DNA from: Vicugna vicugna
Taxonomy: Eukaryota
NCBI GenBank assembly: GCA_013265495.1
Contig: MU058226.1
Coordinates: forward strand, 892,741-956,740
Length of the DNA: 64,000 bases
Reading direction: 5' to 3'
This document shows positions 37,325-48,962 of the stretch, piece after piece. The number at the start of each line of letters is the position of its first letter. Position 1 is the first letter of the stretch. A program made the position numbers and the translations under genes. The notes beneath the pieces were generated by a model. That model was not told where the DNA came from. It made no database searches and saw only the letters and a list, made by a program, of their open reading frames with translations.

Positions 37325-40300
37325 ATGGGTTCGGGTCCCATAGACCCCAAAGAGCTTCTCAAGGGCCTGGATAGCTTCCTTAACCGAGATGGGGAAGTCA
37401 AGAGTGTGGATGGGATTTCGAAGATCTTCAGGTGAGTGTGCCCTTTGAATTCACTGTGAGTAGAGGATCTTGTATGTTGTAATATGACTGTAATTAAGGC
37501 AGACAGCAGTGAGCTCAGTTCCTTGGGAGGAAAGGGAGTGTCAGTGGAATAGGATTCAAATCAATTATTTTATTTTATATTTAATTTTATTTTTTTAATT
37601 GAAGTATAGTCAGTTTACAATGTTGTGTCAACTTCTTATGTACAGCATAATGTTTTAGTCATACATATACATATATATATACATATTCACGTTCTTTTTC
37701 ATTATAGGTTATAAAATATTGAATATAGTTCCCTGTACTATACAGTAGAAGCTTGTTTATTTATATATAGTAATGTGTAACTGCAGATCTTGAACTCCCA
37801 ATTTATCCCTTCCCACCCCTCTTTCCCCCCCCGTGACTGATAAGAAAAAACAGAAAAAACTCAATTATTTTAAAACTAGTTGATCCCTCCGCCCCTGGCC
37901 ATAATGGGATCTGGATATTTGGAGATCAATGGTTCCCAGGGAAGAAAGGAAGCAGGGGAGCCAGGTGACAAAAGTTTTGGGTCACTACATGCCCCCAGAT
38001 GTCAGTTTCCTTCAGGGCTCCTCAAGTTTTCCAGGAGAGGCACATGACTAAGGCAGGCCTGATCAGAATACAGAGAGGCAGTGATTGAAGGGTAGGGCTT
38101 GTTTCCTGGGTGTCAGGGAAGCAGTGATGCTCATCTCCCCAGATAGCAGACTTCAGTCCATCTCCTTGGTTGTCTTCCATCCTTCTGTGGGTTTCTGTGT
38201 CACTCCCGATCCAACCCATCCTCCTGGGACCTGTGTGACCCTCCTACTCTGTAGTGAAGGCCCAAATCGTCAGGGACCTTCAGGCACTCCCACAGATTAG
38301 AGGCTCTTCTGCTCAGAGAAGAGATGCTCTCCGGCTGCTTCATTTCTGACCTTACTTCATCTCTTATAGTCTGATGAAGGAAGCACGAAAGATGGTGAGT
38401 CGATGCACTTACTTGAACATTCTCCTGCAGACCCGTTCACCAGAAATACTGGTCAAGTAAGTGGGGCCCTGGGTGGCTGGGATGGGAGGATGTACTTGGA
38501 AGGTGGGGGAGGTGAGGCACTGGGTTCCTGGGTCATCGTGGGGGGACTTGGAGTGTGGGGGTGTACTCCTAAGACCCCAGAAGGGCATTACAGATCCTCC
38601 TCCCTGCCTGCCTGCAGGTTTATTGATGTTGGTGGTTACAAGCTGCTTAACAATTGGCTGACGTATTCAAAGACAACCAACAACATTCCCCTCTTGCAGC
38701 AAATTCTGCTGACCCTGCAGCACCTGCCACTCACTGTTGATCATCTCAAGCAGGTACCTTCAGCCTTTGCAGTCCTGGTTCTTCCTTTTTGGTTTAACCT
38801 AAAAGATGAAAATCTCATACCAACTCTCATGTGGCTACAATCTTGGGCCTGTGAGGTGGAATGGTAGAAAAAAGGAGGAATTTGAAATCAGAAGATTGGG
38901 TTTGAATTTATCTCCTTTAATAGGTATGGGATGTGGGGCAGTTCACATATCTGAGCTTCAATGTTTTCATCTGAAAAATGGGAGTACCCTACCTAACTGG
39001 GTTGTTTTAAGGAGTAAGAATGTGTCCCCTTAGGCTTTGTAAGAGGTAAAGACTGTCAGTGTTACGGGACTGTGAAGAGACTGTGAATGAGCCTGGGAGG
39101 GTTGTTAGCTCTGCGAGGGCTGGCTCTCCCCTGGCACTGACCTTCCTCCCTCTCCCCGTGTCTTGTAGAACAACACAGCCAAACTGGTGAAGCAGCTGAG
39201 CAAGTCGAGTGAGGATGAAGGTAGGGCCAGTCCTTTCCTCTCTGTCCTGCGCCTTCTTCAGTCACTTCCAGTCAGTTACCTTTGTTTCTCTCCCCATCCT
39301 GGGATTATTCCTTCACTCCTGCCTTCCTCTTTCTACCTGACCTTGCCTTTCTCTTTCTTTTAAAAATTTAGTTCCTCTAACCTATCCCCTTTGTTGTTCT
39401 CAATTCTGAATGGGACTTGTCCATGTCTCTACTGTTGAATGTAAGAGAAAGGACCATACTTTAACTGGAGGCTGATTCTTCAGACCTCTTGGTGTAAAAG
39501 GCGTACACTTAAAATTCTCTGGGGGAAACCGTGTCATCTAGGATGTCTTGTCATCGTTTACTTCTGTTCTGGGAACCCCAATACCTATTTTCCTAACAAC
39601 AGGTATGCTAGTTCTACCAGGCAACACCCTGGTGGAGGGCGTGGGCAGAACCCTGACCCCTGGAGGACGCCATAGCTTCAGTAGCAACAGATTGTTTTCT
39701 TTTCTAAGACAGAGTTTTGGAGCTGCTGGCAAGGGCTATACAGTTCTGGCTTGAAGACAAAGCCTGGCTCCAGGAAGTCACAGGCTTTTCTTTAGAGAAG
39801 GAAAGGGTTTATACCCAAGAATTAACCCAAAGATTTTATACCCAAGGCATAAACCAGGAGCACAAGACACTAGTTTCCCACAAGTGAGCAGTACTGTAGC
39901 TGAGCTGAACCCCTAATCAGAATACAGGCTTGCTCTCTGTCAGAAGGGAGTGGGGTGCGGGGTCCCTTCGGAACGAAGCTTTGGCCGTTTGGTGTGGAGG
40001 GAGCATCCAGGCCTGGGCAAGCCTATCTGCAGTTCCTTTAGCTGGAGGAGAAAACACTGGGAATATTTTCCAAAATAAAGGATCCTGATTTTGCTGTAAC
40101 TCAGTACTGGTTAAGTGAAGAACATTCCCTAGCTTCCCATTCTTTTAGTTGTATTACTTCTCAGCTTTTAGGTCCTTTTATATAATGAAGCACTTAACTA
40201 TTTTTGTGACACCTCAGAGCATCTTTAATAATAATTTGTAGGATAACCTATAACCTTATAACCTGGAAAAATCTTTTTTAAAGAGGATCTAAATCTGCCT

Positions 40301-43300
40301 CTTTAAAATTTTGCGTCATTTGCCTTTAGGACAACATAGAATAATAGAGTTTCTTTTTAAATCTAGTAGTCCTTCAGATGCTTGAACCCCGTCTGCCTTT
40401 CTCTGATTTTAGTTTCTATTCTTTCAGTAAGCAGTTAGGGGAAGGGCGTAGGCACTAGGTTCATTCTGCCACCTTCTAGTTTTGTGACTCTCATCTCCAT
40501 GCTTCTGTGTCTGTAAAGGGAGATTAAATATCTTCAGCTTGTAGTAAGAATTACACGAGAGATATGTAAAGTAGCTAATGTAGTTTTTACAACATATTTT
40601 AATAAATGTTCGTTCTTTTTGCCCCCCTAGTGTTGTGATGGCATCAGGGTTGAAAGTTGTCTGAGTAGAGGACAGTTCTGTGATTCAGTGTTTTATTTTT
40701 AAGAGTTTGGACTTTGAGCTTATCTCATGTTCTTAAAAGTCTGGGTTCCTTTTTCCATTACACAGATTTTCACGGTGTATTTTCCAACATGTCTATTTTC
40801 GATGACTGGAAGAATAATAAATTATTTAGGCCTTTCCCCTTTTTCTCACCTACAGAGCTCCGGAAATTGGCCTCAGTCCTTGTCAGCGACTGGATGGCTG
40901 TCATCCGCTCCCAGAGTAGCACCCAGCCTGCGGGTGAGCAACTTGGTCCTTTAGCCCTCCTTTTTCTTTCTTCCCCACTGGGATGTGGCCTTGCATGCCT
41001 CCAGCCTACTTTACCTCTGACAGTCTTTCTCTTTATCTGAATAAAATCCTTTTCTGCTCTGTTTCTCCACAACAGAGAAAGATAAGAAGAAACGGAAAGA
41101 AGAGGGGAAGAATCGAACGACCCCTCCTGAGCGACCGCTGACTGAGGTGAAGGCTGAGACCCGGGCTGAGGAGGCCCCGGAGAAGAAGCGAGAGAAGCCC
41201 AAGTCTCTCCGAACCACGGCGCCCAGTCACGCCAAGTTCCGTTCCACCGGTAAGGCTGGGTCTGGTCGCCGAGGGTCTGTGGGTCGGTGCTCGCCCTGGC
41301 CTTGGTGTGGAATAGTTGGACTTACTGGTACCGTAAATCTGGAGAAGTGGGAAGACTAGTGGGTGAATTGTCGAGGTTTTTAAGGCTAGATGAAGATCAC
41401 GGGAGGAAAAGTCCAAAGAGTGCAGAGTGAGTCCGGCCCCAACACCATGTCTTTCTCCCAGGCCTGGAGCTGGAGACCCCGTCTCTGGTGCCCGTGAAGA
41501 AGAACGCCAGTGCGGTGGTGGTTTCTGACAAATACAACCTCAAGCCCATCCCCCTCAAGCGTCAGAGGTATGGTCGCCATTCTGGGCTTCTGAGGGGGCC
41601 ACGTCTGCGGATGTGAGGGGAGGGGGGCGAGTCAGATGTCGCTGACAGTTCCCTGTCCTGTAGTTCCGCCGCCACCCCAGGAGATGCAGCCCCCCCTGCA
41701 GAGAAGAAATACAAGCCACTCAACACGACACCCAATGCCACCAAAGAGATTAAAGTGAAAATCATCCCACCACAGCGTGAGTCTCCAGTGAGGGGAGCAG
41801 ACTCTTTTCATGGGAATGAAATATTCTCCATTTTCATGTGATTTTTTTGGTGTCCTTCAGTGTTTGTACCTCCGGACCTCCCTTCATAGGAGTCCATAGG
41901 ATTACTAGGAGTAACTTTAGAGATGAAGTAGGGAGGTCTGCTCTCTGGTGACCGGCTGGGGCACTCCCAGCTGGCAGGCTCAGCTGCCGTGTTCAGGGAG
42001 GCTGGCTTTGTCAGTGACCTGAAGTTCCAATTCACATCCAAAGCCATGGCTTGCCTGCCTTTAAAAGAGAGCTCGAGTAACGACTCGAATAGCTTGTGTG
42101 AATCCTCCCACACATGCTTCCTGGTCCCCTGAGCTTACTGTGCCCAGAATTGAGGCAGGGTCTCTGCTAGCCCATTTTCTGCCCAGACTTTGTCTAGAGG
42201 AATAGGATGAGGGAGGAGGTCTGATGATTTCACTTTATGCTTTTCCCTTTTGTAGCCATGGAGGGCCTGGGCTTTCTGGATGCGCTCAATTCAGCCCCTG
42301 TTCCAGGCATCAAAATTAAGAAGAAGAAGAAGGTGCTGTCACCCACGGCTGCCAAGGTATGGGTGCTGGGAGGGCAGGTGCCAGTGACCAGGTAGGAAAG
42401 GTACAGATGAAGGAGGGGCCCAGCCGCCAGGAGCACTTGGCGGGGACGGGAGTTGTGTCTCAGATGTAGAAGGGTGGTGGTGGAGCCTAGTTAGAGACAG
42501 AGTCTTTGTGGGAACTGTTGGCAGAGCCTGCCTATGACCCTGGACTAGTTGCCTTGCCTCGACCCTGGCTTTCCTGTCTGCTCATTAACTTCTTTTTCTT
42601 TCATGATAGCCGAGCCCTTTTGAAGGGAAAACGAGCACAGAACCCAGCACAGCCAAACCTTCTTCCCCAGAGCCAGCGCCTCCTTGTGAGGCTATGGACA
42701 CAGAACGTCCAGGGACCCCGGTCCCCCCTGTTGAGGTCCCAGAGCTCATGGATACGGGTGAGCCTAGAAACTGGTTCAGGTTTGGGGGTTTTCTGAAAGG
42801 AAGAATCTGGGCTGAAACCTCTCTTGCTCACAGCCTCTTTGGAGCCAGGACCTCTGGATGCAAAGCCAGTGGAGAGTCCTGGAGATCCCAGCCAGCTGAC
42901 CCGAAAAGGCAGGAAGAGGAAAACTGTGACGTGGCCTGAGGAGGGCAGACTGAGAGAGTATTTCTATTTTGAACTGGACGAAACTGAGCGAGGTTAGAGT
43001 TCGAGTTTCCTGTGTAATAGGTGGGGTATGGAGAGTTGAAAGGGGCGTGGGTGGTCTTACTTTCCCTCTTGCCTTTTCTCCTTGCCCAGTGAATGTGAAC
43101 AAGATCAAGGACTTCGGGGAGGCGGCTAAGCGAGAGATACTGTCAGACCGGCATGCGTTTGAGACGGCCCGGCGTCTAAGCCATGACAACATGGAGGAGA
43201 AGGTGCCCTGGGTGTGCCCCCGGCCCCTGGTTCTGCCCTCGCCACTCGTCACCCCTGGAAGCAACAGCCAGGAGCGGTACATCCAGGCTGAGCGGGAGAA

Positions 43301-45662
43301 GGGGATCCTTCAGGAGCTCTTCCTGAACAAGGAAAGGTAAGCAAAAATGGGGTTCACTCCTGGGGGCATTGAGCCCGTGAGGGGAATGTGCCCTGGAGTA
43401 ATTAGGAAGTGGGGGAGATTAGGTTGTAAGTTGAGGGCTTGAATAAATCACCTGTCATTCTTTTTTCTTTTGCCTGCGGCTGTCCTAACAGTCCTCATGA
43501 GCCTGATCCTGAGCCCTACGAGCCTGTCCCCCCAAAACTCATTCCCCTGGATGAGGTGAGTGAGCACTACGTGGTGATTTTAATGCCTCTGATGTGAGAC
43601 TCTCTTTATTCTTTCAGTTGGTCCTGATTATTCTCCTGTTCTTTCAGGAGTGTTCCATGGATGAGACCCCCTATGTTGAGACCTTGGAGCCTGGGGGCGC
43701 TGGTGGCTCACCTGATGGGGCAGGTGGTTCCAAGTTGCCTCCTGTTCTGGCCAATCTTATGGGAAGCATGGGTGCTGGGAAGAGTCCCCAGGGTCCTGGA
43801 GGAGGAGGCATCAACGTCCAGGAGATCCTCACCTCCATCATGGTACCAGCCACCTTCCTCTTTTCCGCCATCTCCATTTTTTTTCACCTCCATCCTCCTC
43901 TCCTTCTCACTTCTTCCTCTTTGGGCTCCCCGTTCTCTGCTAGTTGTTACCCTTGTTCTCTGTTTACCTTACTCCCTAATGACCTTGCCTTACAGGGTAG
44001 CCCTAACAGTCATCCCTCAGAGGAACTGCTGAAGCAGCCGGACTACTCAGACAAGATCAAGCAGATGCTGGGTAATCACCAGGGCCAGCCCCGGGGCCTG
44101 GGAGAGGAAGCCTGCGGTGGAATTGGGGGAAGCAGGGGTATTGGCGCTAGGCGGCAAGCCGTGGGAGGGGAAGATGGACAGAGAGCCCAGCTCTGCCAGG
44201 TTGGTCTGAGGGGGTCCGCTGGGCACACCTGAGCAGGGAGGCGTCATGCTGCCTTTCTCGAATCCTCTTGCTGACCACTTCACTCCTTTTTTTGTTAACA
44301 GTGCCACATGGACTCTTAGGCCCTGGTCCGATAGCCAATGGTTTCCCACCAGGAGGCCCGGGGGGCCCCAAAGGCATGCAGCACTTCCCCCCTGGACCCG
44401 GGGGACCTATGCCAGGTAGGTGGTGACTGAGAGGTTGCAGTGGGCTTATCTGCTTAATTTCGACCTGGTAATAAATAGTACAGGATCGACCAAAAGCTGG
44501 GAGATGGCTTAGGGTGGGAGGTGGCAGTCCCCAGCTGGAACAGGTGGCTGATACTCTCTCCTTTTTTTTCCCCAATAGGTCCCCACGGAGGCCCTGGGGG
44601 CCCTGGTGGGCCAGTGGGTCCACGTCTCCTGGGTCCCCCACCCCCTCCCCGGGGGGGCGATCCCTTCTGGGATGGCCCAGGCGACCCCATGCGGGGTGGC
44701 CCGATGCGGGGGGGTCCAGGACCTGGTCCTGGACCATACCATAGAGGCCGTGGTGGCCGAGGAGGAAATGAACCTCCTCCTCCCCCTCCTCCATTCCGAG
44801 GGGCCAGAGGAGGTCGCTCCGGAGGAGGACCCCCAAATGGACGAGGGGGCCCTGGTGGAGGCATGGTTGGAGGCGGAGGGCATCGTCCCCATGAAGGCCC
44901 TGGTGGGGGCATGAACAGTGGCAGTGGACATCGTCCCCATGAGGGCCCTGGCAGTGGCATGGGCGGTGGGCATCGCCCCCATGAAGGCCCTGGTGGTAGT
45001 ATGGGTGGGGGTGGGGGACATCGCCCCCACGAAGGCCCTGGCGGTGGCATGGGCGGTGGCAGTGGCCATCGCCCCCATGAAGGCCCTGGCGGTGGCATGG
45101 GTGGAAGTGGTGGACATCGGCCCCATGAAGGCCCTGGACACGGAGGGCCCCATGGCCATCGGCCTCACGATGTCCCTGGTCACCGAGGCCATGACCACCG
45201 AGGGCCACCCCCTCATGAGCACCGTGGCCATGATGGCCCTGGCCATGGAGGAGGGGGCCACCGAGGGCATGATGGAGGCCACAGCCACGGAGGAGGTGAG
45301 TATGCTCCCTGTCCCCTATACTGCTTTTGGTGTCCCACACAAGCTTCTGGGGAGCATCACTACCCTGGGTGTGCCAGGCAGAACATAAGGTCACCTTGGT
45401 CCCAGTTCCCAGCATGCATGGCAGTTCCTTCCTTTTGCCCTCCCCTCAAGTCCCCAAGACTAGGTCTCAAGATGCCTTGGACTGGTGGGGTGAGGGTGAC
45501 ATTGACCTCTTAGCCCTTTCCTATCTTAACTATTCCACCCTTGTTCCCACAGACATGTCAAACCGACCCGTTTGTCGACATTTCATGATGAAAGGCAACT
45601 GCCGCTATGAAAACAACTGTGCCTTCTACCACCCGGGTGTCAATGGGCCCCCCCTGCCCTAG
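37325..45662 (+). CDS. PPP1R10: Serine/threonine-protein phosphatase 1 regulatory subunit 10 (PNUTS), 927 aa
   Basis: Coding exons 37325-37431, 38370-38456, 38618-38753, 39169-39220, 40856-40933, 41076-41249, 41462-41567, 41664-41776, 42256-42356, 42610-42757, 42834-42992, 43090-43336, 43492-43555, 43648-43842, 43996-44071, 44302-44415, 44579-45295, 45553-45662(TAG); 2784 nt. [14 protein letters not shown] start, TFIIS-N-like domain, PP1-binding KTVTW, RGG boxes, His/Gly repeats, C-terminal CCCH finger. Confidence 0.97.
37573..37860 (-). mobile_element. 5'-truncated L1 3'-end insertion with target-site duplication
   Basis: Same family as 21322 and 48708 (ttgaagtatagtcagtttacaatgttgtgtcaa…ttccctgtactatacagta…gaactccc); TCAATTATTTTA repeated at 37561-37572 and 37861-37872. 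Confidence 0.8.
44881..45137 (+). repeat. Coding minisatellite: six HRPHEGPG units in PPP1R10
   Basis: CATCGnCCCCAyGArGGCCCTGG units start at 44881, 44929, 44971, 45019, 45067, 45115 (spacing 48/42/48/48/48). Confidence 0.92.
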
Positions 45663-46753
45663 AGACTGCCCACCTGCCCACCCACACCCCCTGTGGACTG
45701 CAGCCTTGCTCCTTCCACCCTTTTATGGCTTCTGTGAGGCCCATTTCCCCCTTTCCCCAGCTGTGGAGGAGCCGGCCCCCTCAGTGCCCACCTGCCTGGG
45801 TTCCTGGGGGTTTTCTGATCACTGGTGCGCATCGCTGTACATACTCTCCTCCAGTCTGGGGAGGAGAGACTGGACACATCCTGTACCCTGGACTGCTGAA
45901 GAGGAGACCCAGTTGGCTTCACTTTTTGAGGAGATTTGCCCTGTACCCCAAGCCCCTTTCCAGTCTTCCCCTTCGTGCCTGAGAACCTAAAGCTGGTTAT
46001 CGGGGAGAACACCTCTGCTCTACTAGTGTGGGTCCTCCACGTGCACAGAGAACTCCAACACGGCATCAGCTGCACTTATGAAATCACCCCAGCCAAGTTC
46101 ATTATTCCTCTTGGGGTGGGGAGATGGTACACGGGGTATTGGATATCCCACTGCACTGAGAGGGCTCAATCAGGCTGGATTTGAGTTCTGGAACACACAT
46201 CATCCCCACTCCTCCCCGACACAGGCTTTACATTCTGAATTTTTCCTCAAGACAGACTGCAATCTGTGAACACCCGTCGTGGGTCTGCTAGGTTCAATGA
46301 CGGCAAATTCACGCCTCGTCCAGTGGAAGTTTTAGCAGGCGTAGGTGAGGCCATTGGTGGTCGTCCACCCTAGCCTACAGCTCATTATGGAAACTTTGTA
46401 AAACACTTCAGTGAGACCAGCTTTTCATCAACTGAAGCCCGGCATGCTGGGCCTGACAGTCACACTACATGCACTGCCTCCGGGAGCTAGTGCGCTCCTG
46501 GCCCCCACCTGGAACCCGTCAGTGTGAGGCCTCCAGCTCCCTCGCCCTGTCAGCCACCTCTGAATCCTCCTGGGGATTCGCTAAAATGACTTCCCCTCTC
46601 CCAGCCCTCTCCTTCACCTGTCTCGGCATCAGTTGTTTTCTATGAAAACAGTGGATTGGTTGGGTTTTGTGCAGGGTCTTGGGTTAGAGCCACAATGGAT
46701 TTGAGGATGAGTATTTTCTTTTTCTTTTGGTTTTGTATATTTTGTACATTAAT

Positions 46754-46759
46754 AATAAA
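46754..46759 (+). terminator. PPP1R10 polyadenylation signal
   Basis: AATAAA preceded by U-rich and TGTA elements, about 1.1 kb after the stop. Confidence 0.75.
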
Positions 46760-47489
46760 CAGTGGAAAGAGAAGCAGCTTATTTAATCCTTGGTGTGTTT
46801 GGACTTTTTGTTAAAAATCCAGCCATTATCAGCTGTCTTTGAAGGTCCATTAATACAAACCTTTAGGAACGTGGTTTCCAATCCTTTGCTGGTATGAAGT
46901 GGAATACCGGAGGAGTACTCCAATATAAGATACCATAGGGTGCAGGGTGGACCCCGGGTGGTGGGATGTTGGGGGTCGCAGAGCTCAGAGTTTGCTGGAG
47001 GTGCAGGCACATCCATTCTAGCCGACCCTACTGGCCTTGCAGAGCAGCTTAGGGGAGGAATTTAAGTGAGGGTGGGTAGAAGGGAGGAGCACAGGGAGTG
47101 GGTGAAGGAGAAACCCAAGAGCAGTTTCTGGGGAGGGAGGGAAGCAAGGAAGGAAGGAAGGAAAAAAAGGTGGTTCCTTTTAAAAGCAGCTCCAGTGGAG
47201 AAACAAGAAAGGGGAGAGTGTAGACTGCTGTTCCCTGAAAAAGTGGCTCTGCAGAGTAGAGCGATGGGCCTGCTGCTCGGAGATGGAGGCTCAAGATGAT
47301 TTTTAGATCTTAAGGACAGGTACTGAGAGCTTATTGATGGAGGCGGTTTCCTGGGGAAGACAGGTTTTGGAGGCCAGAACATGGTTGGAGAGGATGAACA
47401 AATAGGAAGTTCTGCTATTCTTGTAATTGGAAATTACATTTTGGAGGGAAAGGGAGAATGGGGATGTTGGGGCGGGGGCTGAGAATAGC

Positions 47490-47640
47490 GTTCATCAGAA
47501 TCATCTGAAGGGTTTGTTAAAGGGCAGACCGGGGGTGGGATTCAGCAAATTTCCTGATTCAGTAGGCCTGGGATGAATTCTGAGATTTTGCAGTTCTATC
47601 AGGTTCCCAGGTGGTGGTGATCTGGGAAACACTGCTCTAG
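47490..47640. mobile_element. MER5A-like DNA transposon remnant
   Basis: catcagaatcatctgaagggtttgttaa…ctgattcagtaggcctggg…gagattttgcagttct…ttcccaggtg…acactgctctag. Confidence 0.6.
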
Positions 47641-47667
47641 AACGCGTTTCTTGGCTGTTTCCAGGAT

Positions 47668-47686
47668 TGGCCACAAGAGGGCAGCA
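47668..47686 (+). promoter_or_regulatory. Candidate CTCF site between the convergent PPP1R10 and ABCF1 3' ends
   Basis: TGGCCACAAGAGGGCAGCA closely matches the CTCF core CCASYAGRKGGCRS. Confidence 0.55.
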
Positions 47687-48707
47687 ACTTCCTAAATTTC
47701 ACAAGCCCCACAAGAAGTAAAATCGTCAGGGTTAATTTTATCCTCCAACTTTGCCCCTTCTCAGAAAAGAGGGTGTTCAGTCACTTAGCCTACTCTGCTC
47801 TTTGCACTCGAAGAGAACCCAAGAAGAGGACATAATCTAAGGGCCAAGCTAAGAAGTGAAGTATCAATGAAGTAGCCGGCTCAATTGGGAAAAAATGAAA
47901 AATTCTTTAACTTGCGTTTCTTTCCTTCTGGTTCCATCCGTTGCCTGCTTCTCACCATCTCTCCATCTCCTACAACAGGCCACAAGAACCTGTCGAGAGA
48001 GCTTACTTTTTTTCTGCTTTAACACATGTTCAGCCATTTTTCTTTCAAATTCTCTATGAAAATCCAAAGTTACTGTTACTTACGATTTTTTTTTCTTTTC
48101 TTTTTGGCAGGGAGAGAGACAGGTTGAGCATCTCATCCATTTCACCAACCCACTAACCCATTCTGTTTCTTCACCAAATCCTGCAGGAACCTCCATTTCA
48201 GCTGGTCTGTTCTTCCTTTCTTATCCCATTTCCACTCCCTGCTCCCCAAATACCCTTCCAACTCTCGACATTCTGTCAACCCCTCCCCAAGCTCACCAGT
48301 TCCATCTCCAGTTCTGAATCACCATTATTCTATTTCTCCCACTTCTGCTCCCAGACAGTAACCTAACACTAAAAAATCATGAAATCCTACCATCTTGGCC
48401 CACTACAAATTATTAGCACTGACTCAATATACTCACTGGTGCTTGGCAAACTTCCTAACTCTTCTTGATTCTCTGGCACCAAACCTCCTGAGAAAATGAA
48501 CCCCATCCAATGTGAGCACAATTTCCCCTTCTCTTCACCTGAAAAGAGCGGAGTCTACATTATCTCTCCCTTTCTTAGAGGCAGGAGGGTATCTCTTCTT
48601 TCCCGAGGGAGTATCTAACTCCTCTCCTGCCATCCCCTCTGTCTCCCCATACCCACCATTCTTTGTGCAGCAGCCAAAGCAATTTTGCCAAAATGAAAAC
48701 CAGGTCA

Positions 48708-48962
48708 GGGGAGAGGGGTGGGAGGGATAGACTGGGAGTTCAAAATTTGTAGATACTGATAGGCATATGTAGAATAGATAAACAAGATTATACTGTATAG
48801 CACAGGGAAATATATACAAGATCTTGTGGTAGCTCAGTGAAAAAAAATGTGACAATGAATATATGTATGTTCCTGTATAACTGAGAAACTGCTCTACGCT
48901 GGAGTTTGACACAACATTGTAAAATGACTATAACTCATTAAAAAAAAGTTAAAAAAAAAAAA
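48708..48962 (+). mobile_element. 5'-truncated young L1 3'-end insertion with poly(A) tail and TSD
   Basis: G-rich start, L1 3'UTR-like body, A-rich tail 48939-48962; GAAAACCAGGTCA duplicated at 48695-48707 and 48963-48975. Confidence 0.88.

Noticed and set aside
44147..45415. Long antisense and alternative-frame ORFs (422, 259, 214 aa) over the PPP1R10 repeat exon
   Set aside because: By-product of a GC-rich Gly/Pro/His coding repeat with few stop codons in any frame; no independent splice or promoter support.
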